Assembly (NCBI GenBank): GCA_965247115.1
Contig: CBDFGR010000001.1
Span: 248,201 to 312,200 of the forward strand
Direction of reading: 5' to 3'
From: Myxococcota bacterium
Lineage (GTDB): Bacteria > Myxococcota_A > UBA9160 > SZUA-336
DNA: 64,000 bases
Shown piece after piece: positions 9,357 to 18,960 of the stretch (position 1 is its first letter; every line of letters begins with the position of its first letter). The notes beneath the pieces are model-generated. The model saw only the letters and a program-made list of their open reading frames with translations. It was not told the DNA's origin and searched no databases. Both the position numbers and the translations under genes were made by a program.

Positions 9357-10391
9357 CTACTTCCGAAAATCCTGCGGATTAATAGAATTCCGCCGCATCA
9401 CGTCGTAAAAATCCTTCCGATCCTTCTTCGCGATGCGCGCCGCCCGACTGATATTCCCCTTGCAGAGCCGCAGAATCCGCGTCACGTACTGACGCTCGAA
9501 GGCGCGCTTGGCATCCCGGAACGACGCCATCTCCTCCGTCGATGCCTCCGTCCCGAGCAAGAGATTCTCGCTGCCCACTTCTTCGCCCTGGGCCAGCCGC
9601 AGCGCCGAGCGGATCTGTTCGCGGAGCTCCCGTTCGTTGGCGGGCCAGTCGTGATCGCGCAGTCGCTCCAGCGCCTCACGCGTGAACCCCCGCACGGAGC
9701 ACGGACGTCCCAGCTCTGCCTCGATCTCCTCTCGTGCCTCGGCCAGCGCGTGCGCCGCGAGCGGCAGGATGTCCTCACGCCGCTCGCGCAACGACTGGAG
9801 CTCGATGTTGAGCACGAGGCGCCGACCCAGCTCGGGCACGATGCGCCCAGCCCCGGTCAGCTGGGCGAGCGGCTCCGTGCTGGAGCCGATCAGCCGACAC
9901 TCCAGCGGTTGTGGCTGCCCCCCACCCAGGCGCCGGAAAGATCCCTCCTCGATGGCTGCGCCGAGCAGCTGCTGCAAATCCTTGGGAACGGCCTCCAGGT
10001 GCTCGAGCAGCACAGTGCCCGCTCCCACCCTGCTGAAGGCGCCGATCGATTCCGAGGGCAGGGAGGTAATCGCGTCTTCCTCGCTGCCAAAGAGCTCCCG
10101 CCCCAGGAGCGCTTCGGGAACGAGCGAGGCGTCGAGCGCGAAGAAGCCTCCTGCGGCCCACTCGCTCGCACTGTGAATCAGGCGTCCCACGAGCTCTTTG
10201 TCCACGCCATCTTCGGCGTTCACAAAGACCGGGAAGCGTCCGCGTCCCGCAACGGCAATCTGCTCCTGAGCACGCTGCACGGAACGGCTCGTCCCAATCA
10301 GCCGCTCGCTCCTACGACGAGTGCTCTTCTCCGCTGAAGCCAGCTCCGACTCGCCCGCAGCGCCCCCCGGCGCGGTCGGTGAGCTCGACAT
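9357..10391 (-). CDS. Sigma-54 activator-like AAA+/Fis-HTH protein with degenerate ATPase motifs
   Basis: LRERREDI, HDWPANEREL and the C-terminal HTH GNISRAARIA are present. Walker A reads AEDGVDKE, the GAFTGA position reads DAITSL, and Walker B reads LLEHLE. Confidence 0.82.
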   Translation of the reverse strand: MSSSPTAPGGAAGESELASAEKSTRRRSERLIGTSRSVQRAQEQIAVAGRGRFPVFVNAEDGVDKELVGRLIHSASEWAAGGFFALDASLVPEALLGRELFGSEEDAITSLPSESIGAFSRVGAGTVLLEHLEAVPKDLQQLLGAAIEEGSFRRLGGGQPQPLECRLIGSSTEPLAQLTGAGRIVPELGRRLVLNIELQSLRERREDILPLAAHALAEAREEIEAELGRPCSVRGFTREALERLRDHDWPANERELREQIRSALRLAQGEEVGSENLLLGTEASTEEMASFRDAKRAFERQYVTRILRLCKGNISRAARIAKKDRKDFYDVMRRNSINPQDFRK

Positions 10392-10538
10392 TGCTTCTCC
10401 CCCCATTCCCCAAGAGGTTGACCAGGCTCACTGTCTGTCAGTGGATGTTTTCGCTTCCCGGGATGGGATGCCCGCAGTGCATGGTACCTTCTGGCAACAC
10501 AATCGTACCGCGTCCGAAGGCCTGACAGGGGGAAAAAG

Positions 10539-12278
10539 GTGTCGGAGGTCCGCGTTTTACCGGACGATCTCGTCAATCAGATCGCCGCTGGAGAGGTCGT
10601 CGAACGCCCGGCCTCGGTCGTCAAGGAGCTGGTTGAAAATGCCCTCGACGCCGAGGCCACCCGCGTCCGTATCGCGATCGCGGAGGGCGGAATGCGCCTG
10701 ATCGCTGTGGATGACGACGGCCGTGGCATGGACCGCGCCGATGCGGAGCTGGCCTTCCGACGCCACGCCACGAGCAAGATCCGGCGCGCGGAGGATCTCT
10801 CCCGGGTCGCCACGCTCGGCTTTCGCGGCGAGGCCTTGCCGAGCATCGCGGCCGTCGCCTCGCTGCGCATGCGCACGCGGCAAGCGGACGCAGCACTCGG
10901 TGTGGAGCTGGTCGGGACGGGCGACGGCATCGATTCGGTGCGAGAGCTGGCCTGTCCGCTCGGAACCCACGTCGAGGTGGGGGAGCTGTTTGGCAACATT
11001 CCGGCGCGGCGCAAGTTCCTGAAGACCGCCATGACCGAGTCCTCGCACGTGGTGCGCTGGCTCGAGCGCATCGCGCTGGCGCGACCGGACGTGCGCTTCG
11101 AGCTCGAGCGGGACGGACGGCGCACACTCTTCTTTCCCCCGACGGCGGATCCGCGCGAGCGGGCGCTGGCAGTCCTGCCGCACAGCATCGGCGGCCGTCT
11201 CGTCCAGGTAGAGGGTCGGTCTCCCGGAGCGCGGCTGTTTGGCTTCGCGACCCCGACCGACGTCTCGCGCGGGACCACGAGCGATGTCCACCTGTTCGTG
11301 AACGCGCGCCCGGTGCGTGACCGGCTCCTGCTGCAAGCCGTGCGACAGGCGTACCGCGATGCGCTCCCACCGGGCCGGCACCCCGTCGCGGTCCTCTTCG
11401 TCGAGGTGGATCCCGGCGAGGTCGACGTGAACGTGCACCCCGCGAAGTCCGAGGTGCGTTTCCGCGACCCACGCGCGCTGAGCGCGCTCGTCCGCCGTAG
11501 CCTGGTCGGGGCTCTCGGCGTGCGTGGGCGCAGCGCCGAGCGTGCTCCCCAGATATTCCCCGGGGAAGCATCGAAGGTAGGGGAAGAGCTGACGCCGGCC
11601 GACTACGCGTGGGCTCCCGAGCTCCCGCTGAGCTCGACTCCTGGCGCTCCGGGTGCCCCGTTCTCCTTCGCGGCCCTGCGCTACGTGGGGCAGGTGCTCG
11701 CCACCTTCCTCGTCCTTGAGGGCGACGACCAGCTCGTGCTCTTGGATCAACACGCGGCTCACGAACGCGTGTTGTTCGAGCGCATGCGCCAGGCACTTCT
11801 GGACGGCAAGCTGGAGCGCCAGAACCTCCTGACGCCCATCTGGCTCGAGCTCGCGCGGAGCGATGCGGACGCGCTGCTATCGAACCGTGCGAGCCTCGGC
11901 AGTTCAGGCTTCGAGATCGAGGGCGGGGAGGGCACACTCGCCGGGGGCGTGCGGGTGGGCGTCCGCTCCGTGCCCGCCGTGCTAGCGCATGGCGCGAAGG
12001 TCGACTGGCCAGAGCTGCTGGAGGAGACCGCCCGCGGGCTGCGCGACCCGGCCGCCCGGGATGCGCGCGACGGGCTCGAGGGGGCCCTGCACGGGATCCT
12101 CGCGACCGCTGCCTGCCACGCCGCAACGCGCAAGGGCGACAGGCTCGAGGCGCCCGAAGTCCACTCGCTGCTCGCGGCCCTGGATGACACCATCTGGTTT
12201 CCGAACTGCCCACACGGGCGCCCGATCCTGAGCGCGCTCGACGGGGCCGAGCTCGGGCGCCGCTTTCTCCGGCGGTAG
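10539..12278 (+). CDS. mutL: DNA mismatch repair endonuclease MutL
   Basis: NQIAAGEVVERPASVVKELVENALDA, GFRGEALPSI, DQHAAHER, ACH and CPHGRP motifs. Confidence 0.97.
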   Translation: MSEVRVLPDDLVNQIAAGEVVERPASVVKELVENALDAEATRVRIAIAEGGMRLIAVDDDGRGMDRADAELAFRRHATSKIRRAEDLSRVATLGFRGEALPSIAAVASLRMRTRQADAALGVELVGTGDGIDSVRELACPLGTHVEVGELFGNIPARRKFLKTAMTESSHVVRWLERIALARPDVRFELERDGRRTLFFPPTADPRERALAVLPHSIGGRLVQVEGRSPGARLFGFATPTDVSRGTTSDVHLFVNARPVRDRLLLQAVRQAYRDALPPGRHPVAVLFVEVDPGEVDVNVHPAKSEVRFRDPRALSALVRRSLVGALGVRGRSAERAPQIFPGEASKVGEELTPADYAWAPELPLSSTPGAPGAPFSFAALRYVGQVLATFLVLEGDDQLVLLDQHAAHERVLFERMRQALLDGKLERQNLLTPIWLELARSDADALLSNRASLGSSGFEIEGGEGTLAGGVRVGVRSVPAVLAHGAKVDWPELLEETARGLRDPAARDARDGLEGALHGILATAACHAATRKGDRLEAPEVHSLLAALDDTIWFPNCPHGRPILSALDGAELGRRFLRR

Positions 12279-12280
12279 CC

Positions 12281-13207
12281 GTGAGCCCCGCGCCGCCCAC
12301 TCAGCCTCAGGTGCTGGCTGTCGTCGGGCCCACGGGCACGGGCAAGACCGAGCTCGCCTGTGAGCTCGCGCGGCGTGCCGACGCCGAGATCATCAGCTGC
12401 GACTCGCTGCAGGTCTATCGCGGCATGGACATCGGCACGGCCAAGCCGTCTCCGGCGCTGCGGACCGAGATTCCCCATCACGCGATCGACATCGTGTCTC
12501 CCGACGAGGAGATGTCTGCCGGCCGCTTCGCAGAGCATGCGCGCAAGGCCGCTTTCGAGATTCATGCGCGCGGTCGCTGCGTGATCCTGTGCGGCGGTGC
12601 CGGTCTGTACGCCCGCGCGTTTGCGGGCGGCTTGATCTCGAACGCAGAGGCCGATCCCGACCTGCGCACCGAGCTGGAGGCGCGCGCTACGGAGTCCCTG
12701 CAGCAGGAGCTGCGGCAGAACGATCCGATCAGCGCTGCGCGGATCCCGGCCGGCGACCGGGTACGTCTGGTGCGCGCGCTCGAGATCTCCCGCCTGCACG
12801 GCAGCCCGGTCTCCGAGGTCCACGCGCGCCACGGCTTTTCCGATCGTCCCTTCGACGTTCGCTGGCTTGGCATCGACCTGGATCGGAAGGCCCTGTGGCA
12901 CAGGTTGCGGCAACGCGTAGAGCGCATGTTCGCGGAAGGTCTGGTTGAAGAGGTTCGCTCCCTACACTCGGCAGGCTACACTACGAAGTTTCGCCCGCTT
13001 CGATCGATCGGTTACCGGGAAGTCGCGAGCCTGCTCGAAGGACAGGGCACCGAGACCGAGGCGCAGGACGCGATCTCGCTGGCGACGCGGCGCTACGCCA
13101 AGCGCCAGCGCACCTGGTTTCGCGCGGAGCCGGAGCTCCACTGGGTCGACGGTCAGGATCCGGAGGCGGCTCTACTCCGCGGACTGCGAGAGCTCCGCAG
13201 CGGGTGA
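12281..13207 (+). CDS. miaA: tRNA dimethylallyltransferase
   Basis: GPTGTGKT, DSLQVYRGMDIGTAKP and TRRYAKRQRTWF motifs. Follows mutL, the usual synteny. Confidence 0.96.
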   Translation: MSPAPPTQPQVLAVVGPTGTGKTELACELARRADAEIISCDSLQVYRGMDIGTAKPSPALRTEIPHHAIDIVSPDEEMSAGRFAEHARKAAFEIHARGRCVILCGGAGLYARAFAGGLISNAEADPDLRTELEARATESLQQELRQNDPISAARIPAGDRVRLVRALEISRLHGSPVSEVHARHGFSDRPFDVRWLGIDLDRKALWHRLRQRVERMFAEGLVEEVRSLHSAGYTTKFRPLRSIGYREVASLLEGQGTETEAQDAISLATRRYAKRQRTWFRAEPELHWVDGQDPEAALLRGLRELRSG

Positions 13208-13666
13208 GGGCGGCTCGGAGCCGGAGAGAATGCTCCAGTAGCTGGTGCCGACGCGGACGGGGCAGGGCCCGAGCTCGGTGCGATAGATCTGGGGAGCCTC
13301 GTCCTGCTGCGCGAAGAGCGGCCCGCCGGCCTCCTCGGCGAAGAGGCTGAACAGACCGGGCAAGATCTCGAAGGCGCCCGAGACGATCCGCAGCACTGTT
13401 CCTCCCACCTGGATGACGATGAAGACGGGGTAGCTCGGAAGGAACGAGACCCAGAGCTTGTACGGCTCCCCCGTCTCGGAGAGAGCCTTGTAGGCGTCTC
13501 GACCCGAGATGTACGGCGCAAACAGGATGTCGGTGGGCGCGAGCGTGATCGAGCTGAAGGCGCGGCAGAGCTGCGTGGGATCGGCACGGGCTTCGCCGAG
13601 CGGCGCCCCCAGCAGGATTCCGACGAGAGCAAAGGCGAGTGTGGCGCGGAGCAGCGAGCTTGACAT
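13172..13666 (-). CDS. Hypothetical exported/membrane protein
   Basis: Signal peptide-like N-terminus (…GEARA) with hydrophobic segments. Fills the miaA-der gap. Confidence 0.6.
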   Translation of the reverse strand: MSSSLLRATLAFALVGILLGAPLGEARADPTQLCRAFSSITLAPTDILFAPYISGRDAYKALSETGEPYKLWVSFLPSYPVFIVIQVGGTVLRIVSGAFEILPGLFSLFAEEAGGPLFAQQDEAPQIYRTELGPCPVRVGTSYWSILSGSEPPSPAAELSQSAE

Positions 13667-13696
13667 CTGGTTCCTCTGAGCGAGCGTGAGGATGCC

Positions 13697-15058
13697 GTGA
13701 GCGCCTCGAGCATGTCAAAGGCGGCGGATGCGCTGCCGCTGGTCGCCGTCATCGGACGGGCCAACGTCGGCAAGTCGACGCTGTTCAACCGGCTGCTGCG
13801 AGAGGGACGCTCTCTCGTCGAAGACACCCCCGGCGTCACTCGCGATCGCGTGGCCGCGAACGCCTGGATCGAGCGACGCGAGGTGCTGCTCGTGGATACG
13901 GGAGGTCTGGACCCGGACGCCGAGGTCGGCATTCCCGCGGCCATCCGGGCCCAGGTGGGCGAGATCCTCGAGAGCGCGACGGTGATCCTGTTCGTCGTCG
14001 ATGCGCGAGACGGTCCGCTCCCGCAGGACACGGAGATCGCAGCTCTCCTGCGCCGGGCCAAGTCCCAGGTGATCGTTGCGGCGAACAAGGCAGACGGGCC
14101 GCCCCAGGATCTGGCCAGCGGGGAGTTCCATGCACTCGGCTTTCCGGAAGTCCTGCCCGTCTCCGCTGAGCACCGGCGCGGGCTGGCCGACCTCGAGCTC
14201 GCGATTGCAGAGCGGCTGCCGCCGCTCGAAGAGCGTGAGACCCCGCCCGATCCGAGCCCCAGGATCGCGATCGTCGGGCGGCCCAACGTGGGGAAGTCGT
14301 CGCTCCTGAACCGGTTGCTCGGCGCGGAGCGCAACATCGTGGCCGGCGAGCCCGGAACGACCCGAGACGCCACGGACTCGGCGCTGGAGCTGGGCGGGAA
14401 GCGCATCGTACTCGTCGACACGGCAGGGATACGCCGGCTCGGAAAGCGGCGTCAACATCTGGAGCGGGGCAGTGCGTTCATGTCGCTCCGCTCGATCGAG
14501 CGGGCAGACCTCGTACTGCTCGTGCTGGACGCCGCGGTGGGGGTTACCGATCAGGACGCGAAGATTGCGCGTCTGGCCCTCGACCGCGGCCGCGGCCTGA
14601 TCCTGGTCCTGAACAAGTGGGACCTGGTCGCGGGCACCGATCAGGAAGCGCGCGTGGCAGGTCAGCTCGAGCGAAAGCTCGGCTTCGTCCCGGATCCTGT
14701 CGTGCTGCGCACGAGTGCGACGACGGGACTCCGCGTCCGTCAGCTCGTCCCGCGTGCGCTCGAGCTCCTGGCTGAGCTCTGGCTCGACATCCCCACGGCA
14801 GAGGTGAATCGCGCGCTCGAAGATGCGGTCGGGCGCTACGCGCCACCTCTGAAAGGGCGGCGGCAGGCCCGCTTCTACTACGCGACTCAAACCTCAAGCA
14901 GACCTCTGACATTCCTGGTCTTCGCGAACAATCCAGACCTGATTCCAACGAATTACCGCCGATACATCGAGTCATTCTTGCGAAAACGATTCGGCCTGCG
15001 CTCGGCACCACTGCGGGTCCGCTTTCGAGCGCGGCGCAAGGCGGATCGGGAGCGCTAG
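13697..15058 (+). CDS. der: Ribosome biogenesis GTPase Der (EngA)
   Basis: Tandem GTPase domains (GRANVGKS/DTGG/NKAD and GRPNVGKS/DTAG/NKWD) plus a KH-like C-terminus. Confidence 0.96.
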   Translation: MSASSMSKAADALPLVAVIGRANVGKSTLFNRLLREGRSLVEDTPGVTRDRVAANAWIERREVLLVDTGGLDPDAEVGIPAAIRAQVGEILESATVILFVVDARDGPLPQDTEIAALLRRAKSQVIVAANKADGPPQDLASGEFHALGFPEVLPVSAEHRRGLADLELAIAERLPPLEERETPPDPSPRIAIVGRPNVGKSSLLNRLLGAERNIVAGEPGTTRDATDSALELGGKRIVLVDTAGIRRLGKRRQHLERGSAFMSLRSIERADLVLLVLDAAVGVTDQDAKIARLALDRGRGLILVLNKWDLVAGTDQEARVAGQLERKLGFVPDPVVLRTSATTGLRVRQLVPRALELLAELWLDIPTAEVNRALEDAVGRYAPPLKGRRQARFYYATQTSSRPLTFLVFANNPDLIPTNYRRYIESFLRKRFGLRSAPLRVRFRARRKADRER

Positions 15059-15096
15059 AATCTCGCGCGAATCGGGGCGGAGGGCGCTCGACGGCA

Positions 15097-15885
15097 ATGA
15101 CTCAGCCATCGTTACAGCACGGGGACACCGAGACCCGGCTGAAGGGCTTTGATGCGGTCCTGGAGCGCCTGTTCGAGCGAGCGAGCGAACATGCTCGCTC
15201 GCTCGCGATCGGCCTGGGGGTGGTGGTGGTCATGGGCGTGGCCGCGGCCGTCCTGTACGACAGGGCTAAGGGCGCGCAGGAGGAGGCGGCGAGCGCGCTG
15301 GCAGTCGTCGAGGCCCAGTTCAGCGCGGCCATGGGCGCGCCGCCGGGAGAGCCGCTGCCGCCCGAGCCCGCGAACGCGAACATTGCCCGCCTGGCGCGGG
15401 AGGCCGCGCTCGAAGACCTCGAGCTCGTGATCTCCCAACACGAAGGCAGCCAGGCCGCCCGGATCGCGGCGATCCGTGCCGCCGAGATGGAGATCGACCT
15501 GGGTCGGCTCGACGCCGCCAGCGAGCGCTTGCGGGAGTTGCCCGCGCGACTCGCTCTGGACGACCCCAAGCGCGCCGTGGCGCTGCGCCTCGCGGGCTAT
15601 GTGCTCGATGAGCAGGGCGAGCCACTCGCTGCTGCAGAGGCCTATGAGCTGGGCGCACAAGTCACGACGTATCCCGGCCGTCCCATGCTCCTGCACGCAG
15701 CGGCGGAGGCGTACGAGAGGGCTGGCGAGTACCAGAGGGCGATCGAGGCCTACCAGCAATCGCTCTCCGTGGCTGCAGAGGAGCTGGGGCAGCCAACGCG
15801 AATCCTGCGCCGGATCGAGGCGCTGGAGTACTGGCTGGGAGACGGACCCACCTCAGGGGCCGATAAGGAACATTCTGTTAAATAG
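15097..15885 (+). CDS. Membrane-anchored TPR protein (YfgM-like)
   Basis: Single N-terminal TM helix followed by Ala-rich TPR-like helices. Adjacent to der. Confidence 0.65.
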   Translation: MTQPSLQHGDTETRLKGFDAVLERLFERASEHARSLAIGLGVVVVMGVAAAVLYDRAKGAQEEAASALAVVEAQFSAAMGAPPGEPLPPEPANANIARLAREAALEDLELVISQHEGSQAARIAAIRAAEMEIDLGRLDAASERLRELPARLALDDPKRAVALRLAGYVLDEQGEPLAAAEAYELGAQVTTYPGRPMLLHAAAEAYERAGEYQRAIEAYQQSLSVAAEELGQPTRILRRIEALEYWLGDGPTSGADKEHSVK

Positions 15886-15988
15886 AATAGATCCTGGGCC
15901 TTGCCGTGGTGACCGGGAGTGTTATATGAGCCCCCTGCCCACAGCCACGCCAAGGCGTGCGTGGGGCTTGAAAGGAGCGGCATTTCGG

Positions 15989-16330
15989 ATGGAGGCTGAG
16001 CGGAAGGAAAGACTGGGAACAAAGTGGACCTGCTATTCGTGCGGAATCAGGTTCTACGACCTGAAGAAGCCCGAGCCCACCTGCCCGAAGTGCCAGGCCG
16101 ACCAGCGCGAGTCGCCGTTGCTGGAGAAGAAGCCGACGCGGGCACGCGCGACCAAGAAGAAGACCGCCCGCAAGAAGAAGACGGCCAAAGCCAAGAAGAC
16201 GAAGGTCTCAGCGCTGGCCGCCCTCGATGACAATGAGACGACCGTCAAGCCCGACGAAGACCGGGTCCGGCCGGTCGACGAGATCGATCCGAATGAGGTG
16301 AGGTCCGAGATCGCGGGAGACGACGCGTAG
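15989..16330 (+). CDS. FYDLN acid domain protein (TIGR02300-like)
   Basis: LGTKWTCYSCGIRFYDLKKPEPTCPKC zinc-ribbon signature, then Lys-rich and acidic tails. Confidence 0.85.
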   Translation: MEAERKERLGTKWTCYSCGIRFYDLKKPEPTCPKCQADQRESPLLEKKPTRARATKKKTARKKKTAKAKKTKVSALAALDDNETTVKPDEDRVRPVDEIDPNEVRSEIAGDDA

Positions 16331-16345
16331 CGCGACGGCTGCGTC

Positions 16346-16765
16346 CTACAGGCTGAGAACGCGGCGCTTCATCCGGTTCCAGGGCTTGTCGAGTCCTCGA
16401 TCGCGGATCGACTGCTCTCGTTCCAGCTCCTTCAGGGCCCCCTCCTGCTCGAACAGCTCCGCACGACGATTGCGCCAGGTCTGGTTGTACAGCTGGAAGC
16501 TCTCGAAGCCTCGCACCCTGCCGTGGATGTCGGACGGCGCGAAGCCGTCGACTTCATCCTGTCCGTGCGGGGCCTCACTCACCTGGGCGGCCAGCTGCGT
16601 TACCTGCTGCTGGTACGCCTCGATCAGCGCTACCAGATTCTCGTCGGACATGTCCGCATAGGTGCGATTCTGAAGCTCGGTATCGAGGTGCTCGTTGCGG
16701 CGGTAATTCAGGAACCCACCCGCGCACAGGCCGACGATCAACAGGACCAGGAGGAATTTCCACAT
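16346..16765 (-). CDS. Hypothetical membrane-anchored coiled-coil protein
   Basis: MWKFLLVLLIVGLCAGGFLNY N-terminal anchor followed by a helical body. Confidence 0.65.
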   Translation of the reverse strand: MWKFLLVLLIVGLCAGGFLNYRRNEHLDTELQNRTYADMSDENLVALIEAYQQQVTQLAAQVSEAPHGQDEVDGFAPSDIHGRVRGFESFQLYNQTWRNRRAELFEQEGALKELEREQSIRDRGLDKPWNRMKRRVLSL

Positions 16766-16833
16766 GCACGACGGATCGGCGCAACACAGGGCGGGGTTGA
16801 GCCCGCCTTTCCGCAACGGCTAGCGCCGGAGCG

Positions 16834-18882
16834 TCAGGGGCGACCGTCGTAGAGGAGCTGGTAGATACGGCGGGAACGGACCACGCGGCGCAGGTAGCGA
16901 CGCGTCTCGCTGTAAGGTACGGACTCTACGAAGACGTCCTTTGCCTGTCGGCCATCGCGCTCGAGCCAGCGCGACACGATGTTCGGTCCGGCGTTGTACG
17001 CCGCGATCGCGAGCTCCTCCGAACCCCGGAAGCGTCCGACGAGCCGCTTCAGGTAGAACGTGCCGAAGCGGATGTTCGTGTCGGGCTCGAGCAGGATGTC
17101 GGCCTGGAACGCTGGCACGCCAAGCGAGCTCGCGATGCGGTCGCCCGTCTGCGGAATGATCTGCATGAGTCCCATCGCGCCCGCAGGAGAGGCGATTTCC
17201 GGCCGGTAGGTGCTCTCTTCCCGCATGACCGCGTAGACCAGGGCGGAATCGAATTCGAACTCCGCAGTGGCCCGCCGAACGGGCCTGTCGAACGGACGAG
17301 GCCAGGCCAGCTGCCACGCCTCGCGCCAGGCGGGATCGATGCCCTGCTCTAGCGCTCCCCCGAAGCCGTTGATCACCGTCCGCACCGCTCGGAAGTGGTC
17401 GCCGAGCGTGTGAAGCAGCTCTGCCGCGGTCAGGCTCGACTCCCGATCGAGGTCAGAGCCGCGCAGCCAGCTCTCGACCTCGTCGGTCGCCAGATCGGAG
17501 AAGCCGGCTTCAATGAGCAGCTTCGCACGATCGGCATGCCGATCGCTCGAGGCGCTGCGCTGACCTACGAACGACCGTTCCAGTCGGGGATTCATGCCGA
17601 GGCGGCTCGACGCGATGAGCCCGTAGTACGAGAGCGGGAGTGAGCTCGCGAGCTGCTGCAGATCCTCTCGGCCCGCCGCTTCGTCGAGCTGCATGCGGGC
17701 CATGGCGTGCCAGTAGCGCGCTCTCTGGACCTCGATGTCCCATTGGGAGCCGCGCGTCAGCGGACGAAGGTGCCGGAGTGCGGCGTGGTGGTCCCCGCGC
17801 ATCAGATCCGCCCACCCGAGCTCCCAGCGTGCGGCACGCCGGAGCTCGGGCACCAGGGCCTGCTTCTCTACTCCGCGGAACAGCTCCTCGGCCTGCGCCG
17901 GCTGCTGGTCCTGAAGCAGGACCGCGCTCAGGTACTGCGCTCGCGTGCGCAGCGCCGGGTCCGGGCCCTTCGCGATGCTCGCGAACTGCTTGAGCGCCAT
18001 GTTCGTCTTGCCGGAACGAGCCTGTGCGCGTGCGGAGCGGATGGCCGCGTTCCCGTTGCTGGGGTCTGTCTCCACGATGCGGGCAAAGGCGTCCTGCGCC
18101 TCGGGGTAGCGGCGCTGATTGAAGAGACAGTTTGCCCGGCCCTCCTCCGCCTCGCCCCGGCCTTCGCCATCGGCCTCCGCTCGCGCCAGCACCTCCTCGT
18201 AGAGCAAGAGCGCGCGCCCGCAGTGTGCCGAGGCTCGCAGGCGCTCGGCGAATTCGAGCAGCCAGCCGAGCGCCGGCTCTGGCGCCCCCGTCGCAGCCGT
18301 GAGCTCTACACTCCGCACATACGCTGCCTCGGCCACCTTGGAGAGTGGCCAGCGTCGCCAGGTCTTCCGGTACAGACGCAGGGCATCGCCAGGCAGGGGC
18401 TTCTGATCGAACGCCTGCGCCGCCTCCAGCATCAGCGAGGCAGAGTTCTCGGGGTCGCGCGAGCTCTCCCACGCGAGCCGCTGCTCGCGGTAGCCAGCGA
18501 GCAGGTCGCCCTGTTCGAGCCGGAGCTGCGCGATCTCGTGGTGCAGCCGCGACTCGACCTCGGAAGGAGGATCTCGCTGCAGACCGTGCCTGGCCGCCGC
18601 AATCGAGTCCTCGACCTTGCCCTGCTCGCGCAGGATCCGGGCCCGAATGAGCGCAACGTGGTCCGCCAGATCGCTCTCTTCCAGAATGGCGAGACGCGCC
18701 AGCGCATGGTCGAGCTCTCCCTCGCTCCAGTCGTGACGCACCTCGACGAGCACCGTCGCGGGGTCGGCGATCTTGCCCGGGACCGCCGCCGTACCCAGCA
18801 GCAGCAGCAGGGCGAGCGCCCCTCGCGCGCCAGCGCGCGTAGACAGGCCGTCTCCGCGGTCTCTCATCCCGTGCCCCTTCAT
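16834..18882 (-). CDS. Soluble lytic murein transglycosylase (Slt-like, TPR superhelix + SLT domain)
   Basis: AVMREES (catalytic Glu), GAMGLMQI, AAYNAG and ETRRY motifs. Confidence 0.92.
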   Translation of the reverse strand: MKGHGMRDRGDGLSTRAGARGALALLLLLGTAAVPGKIADPATVLVEVRHDWSEGELDHALARLAILEESDLADHVALIRARILREQGKVEDSIAAARHGLQRDPPSEVESRLHHEIAQLRLEQGDLLAGYREQRLAWESSRDPENSASLMLEAAQAFDQKPLPGDALRLYRKTWRRWPLSKVAEAAYVRSVELTAATGAPEPALGWLLEFAERLRASAHCGRALLLYEEVLARAEADGEGRGEAEEGRANCLFNQRRYPEAQDAFARIVETDPSNGNAAIRSARAQARSGKTNMALKQFASIAKGPDPALRTRAQYLSAVLLQDQQPAQAEELFRGVEKQALVPELRRAARWELGWADLMRGDHHAALRHLRPLTRGSQWDIEVQRARYWHAMARMQLDEAAGREDLQQLASSLPLSYYGLIASSRLGMNPRLERSFVGQRSASSDRHADRAKLLIEAGFSDLATDEVESWLRGSDLDRESSLTAAELLHTLGDHFRAVRTVINGFGGALEQGIDPAWREAWQLAWPRPFDRPVRRATAEFEFDSALVYAVMREESTYRPEIASPAGAMGLMQIIPQTGDRIASSLGVPAFQADILLEPDTNIRFGTFYLKRLVGRFRGSEELAIAAYNAGPNIVSRWLERDGRQAKDVFVESVPYSETRRYLRRVVRSRRIYQLLYDGRP

Positions 18883-18960
18883 CGTGTGAGGGTAACGCTG
18901 GCCAATGTCGCTGCCATTCGCGAGGTGGCCGCCCTACTCTGCTACGTTTTCAGCGCCGAC

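Noticed and set aside
10557..12913. Long antisense and alternate-frame ORFs over mutL/miaA, and similar ones throughout the window
   Set aside because: They are Arg/Ala/Pro-rich shadow ORFs expected in high-GC DNA, with no recognisable motifs, and they overlap well-supported genes.
17707..18960. 806 aa ORF with a long N-terminal extension
   Set aside because: The extension is antisense to the Slt gene. The real gene starts at ATG18961 with a lipoprotein signal.
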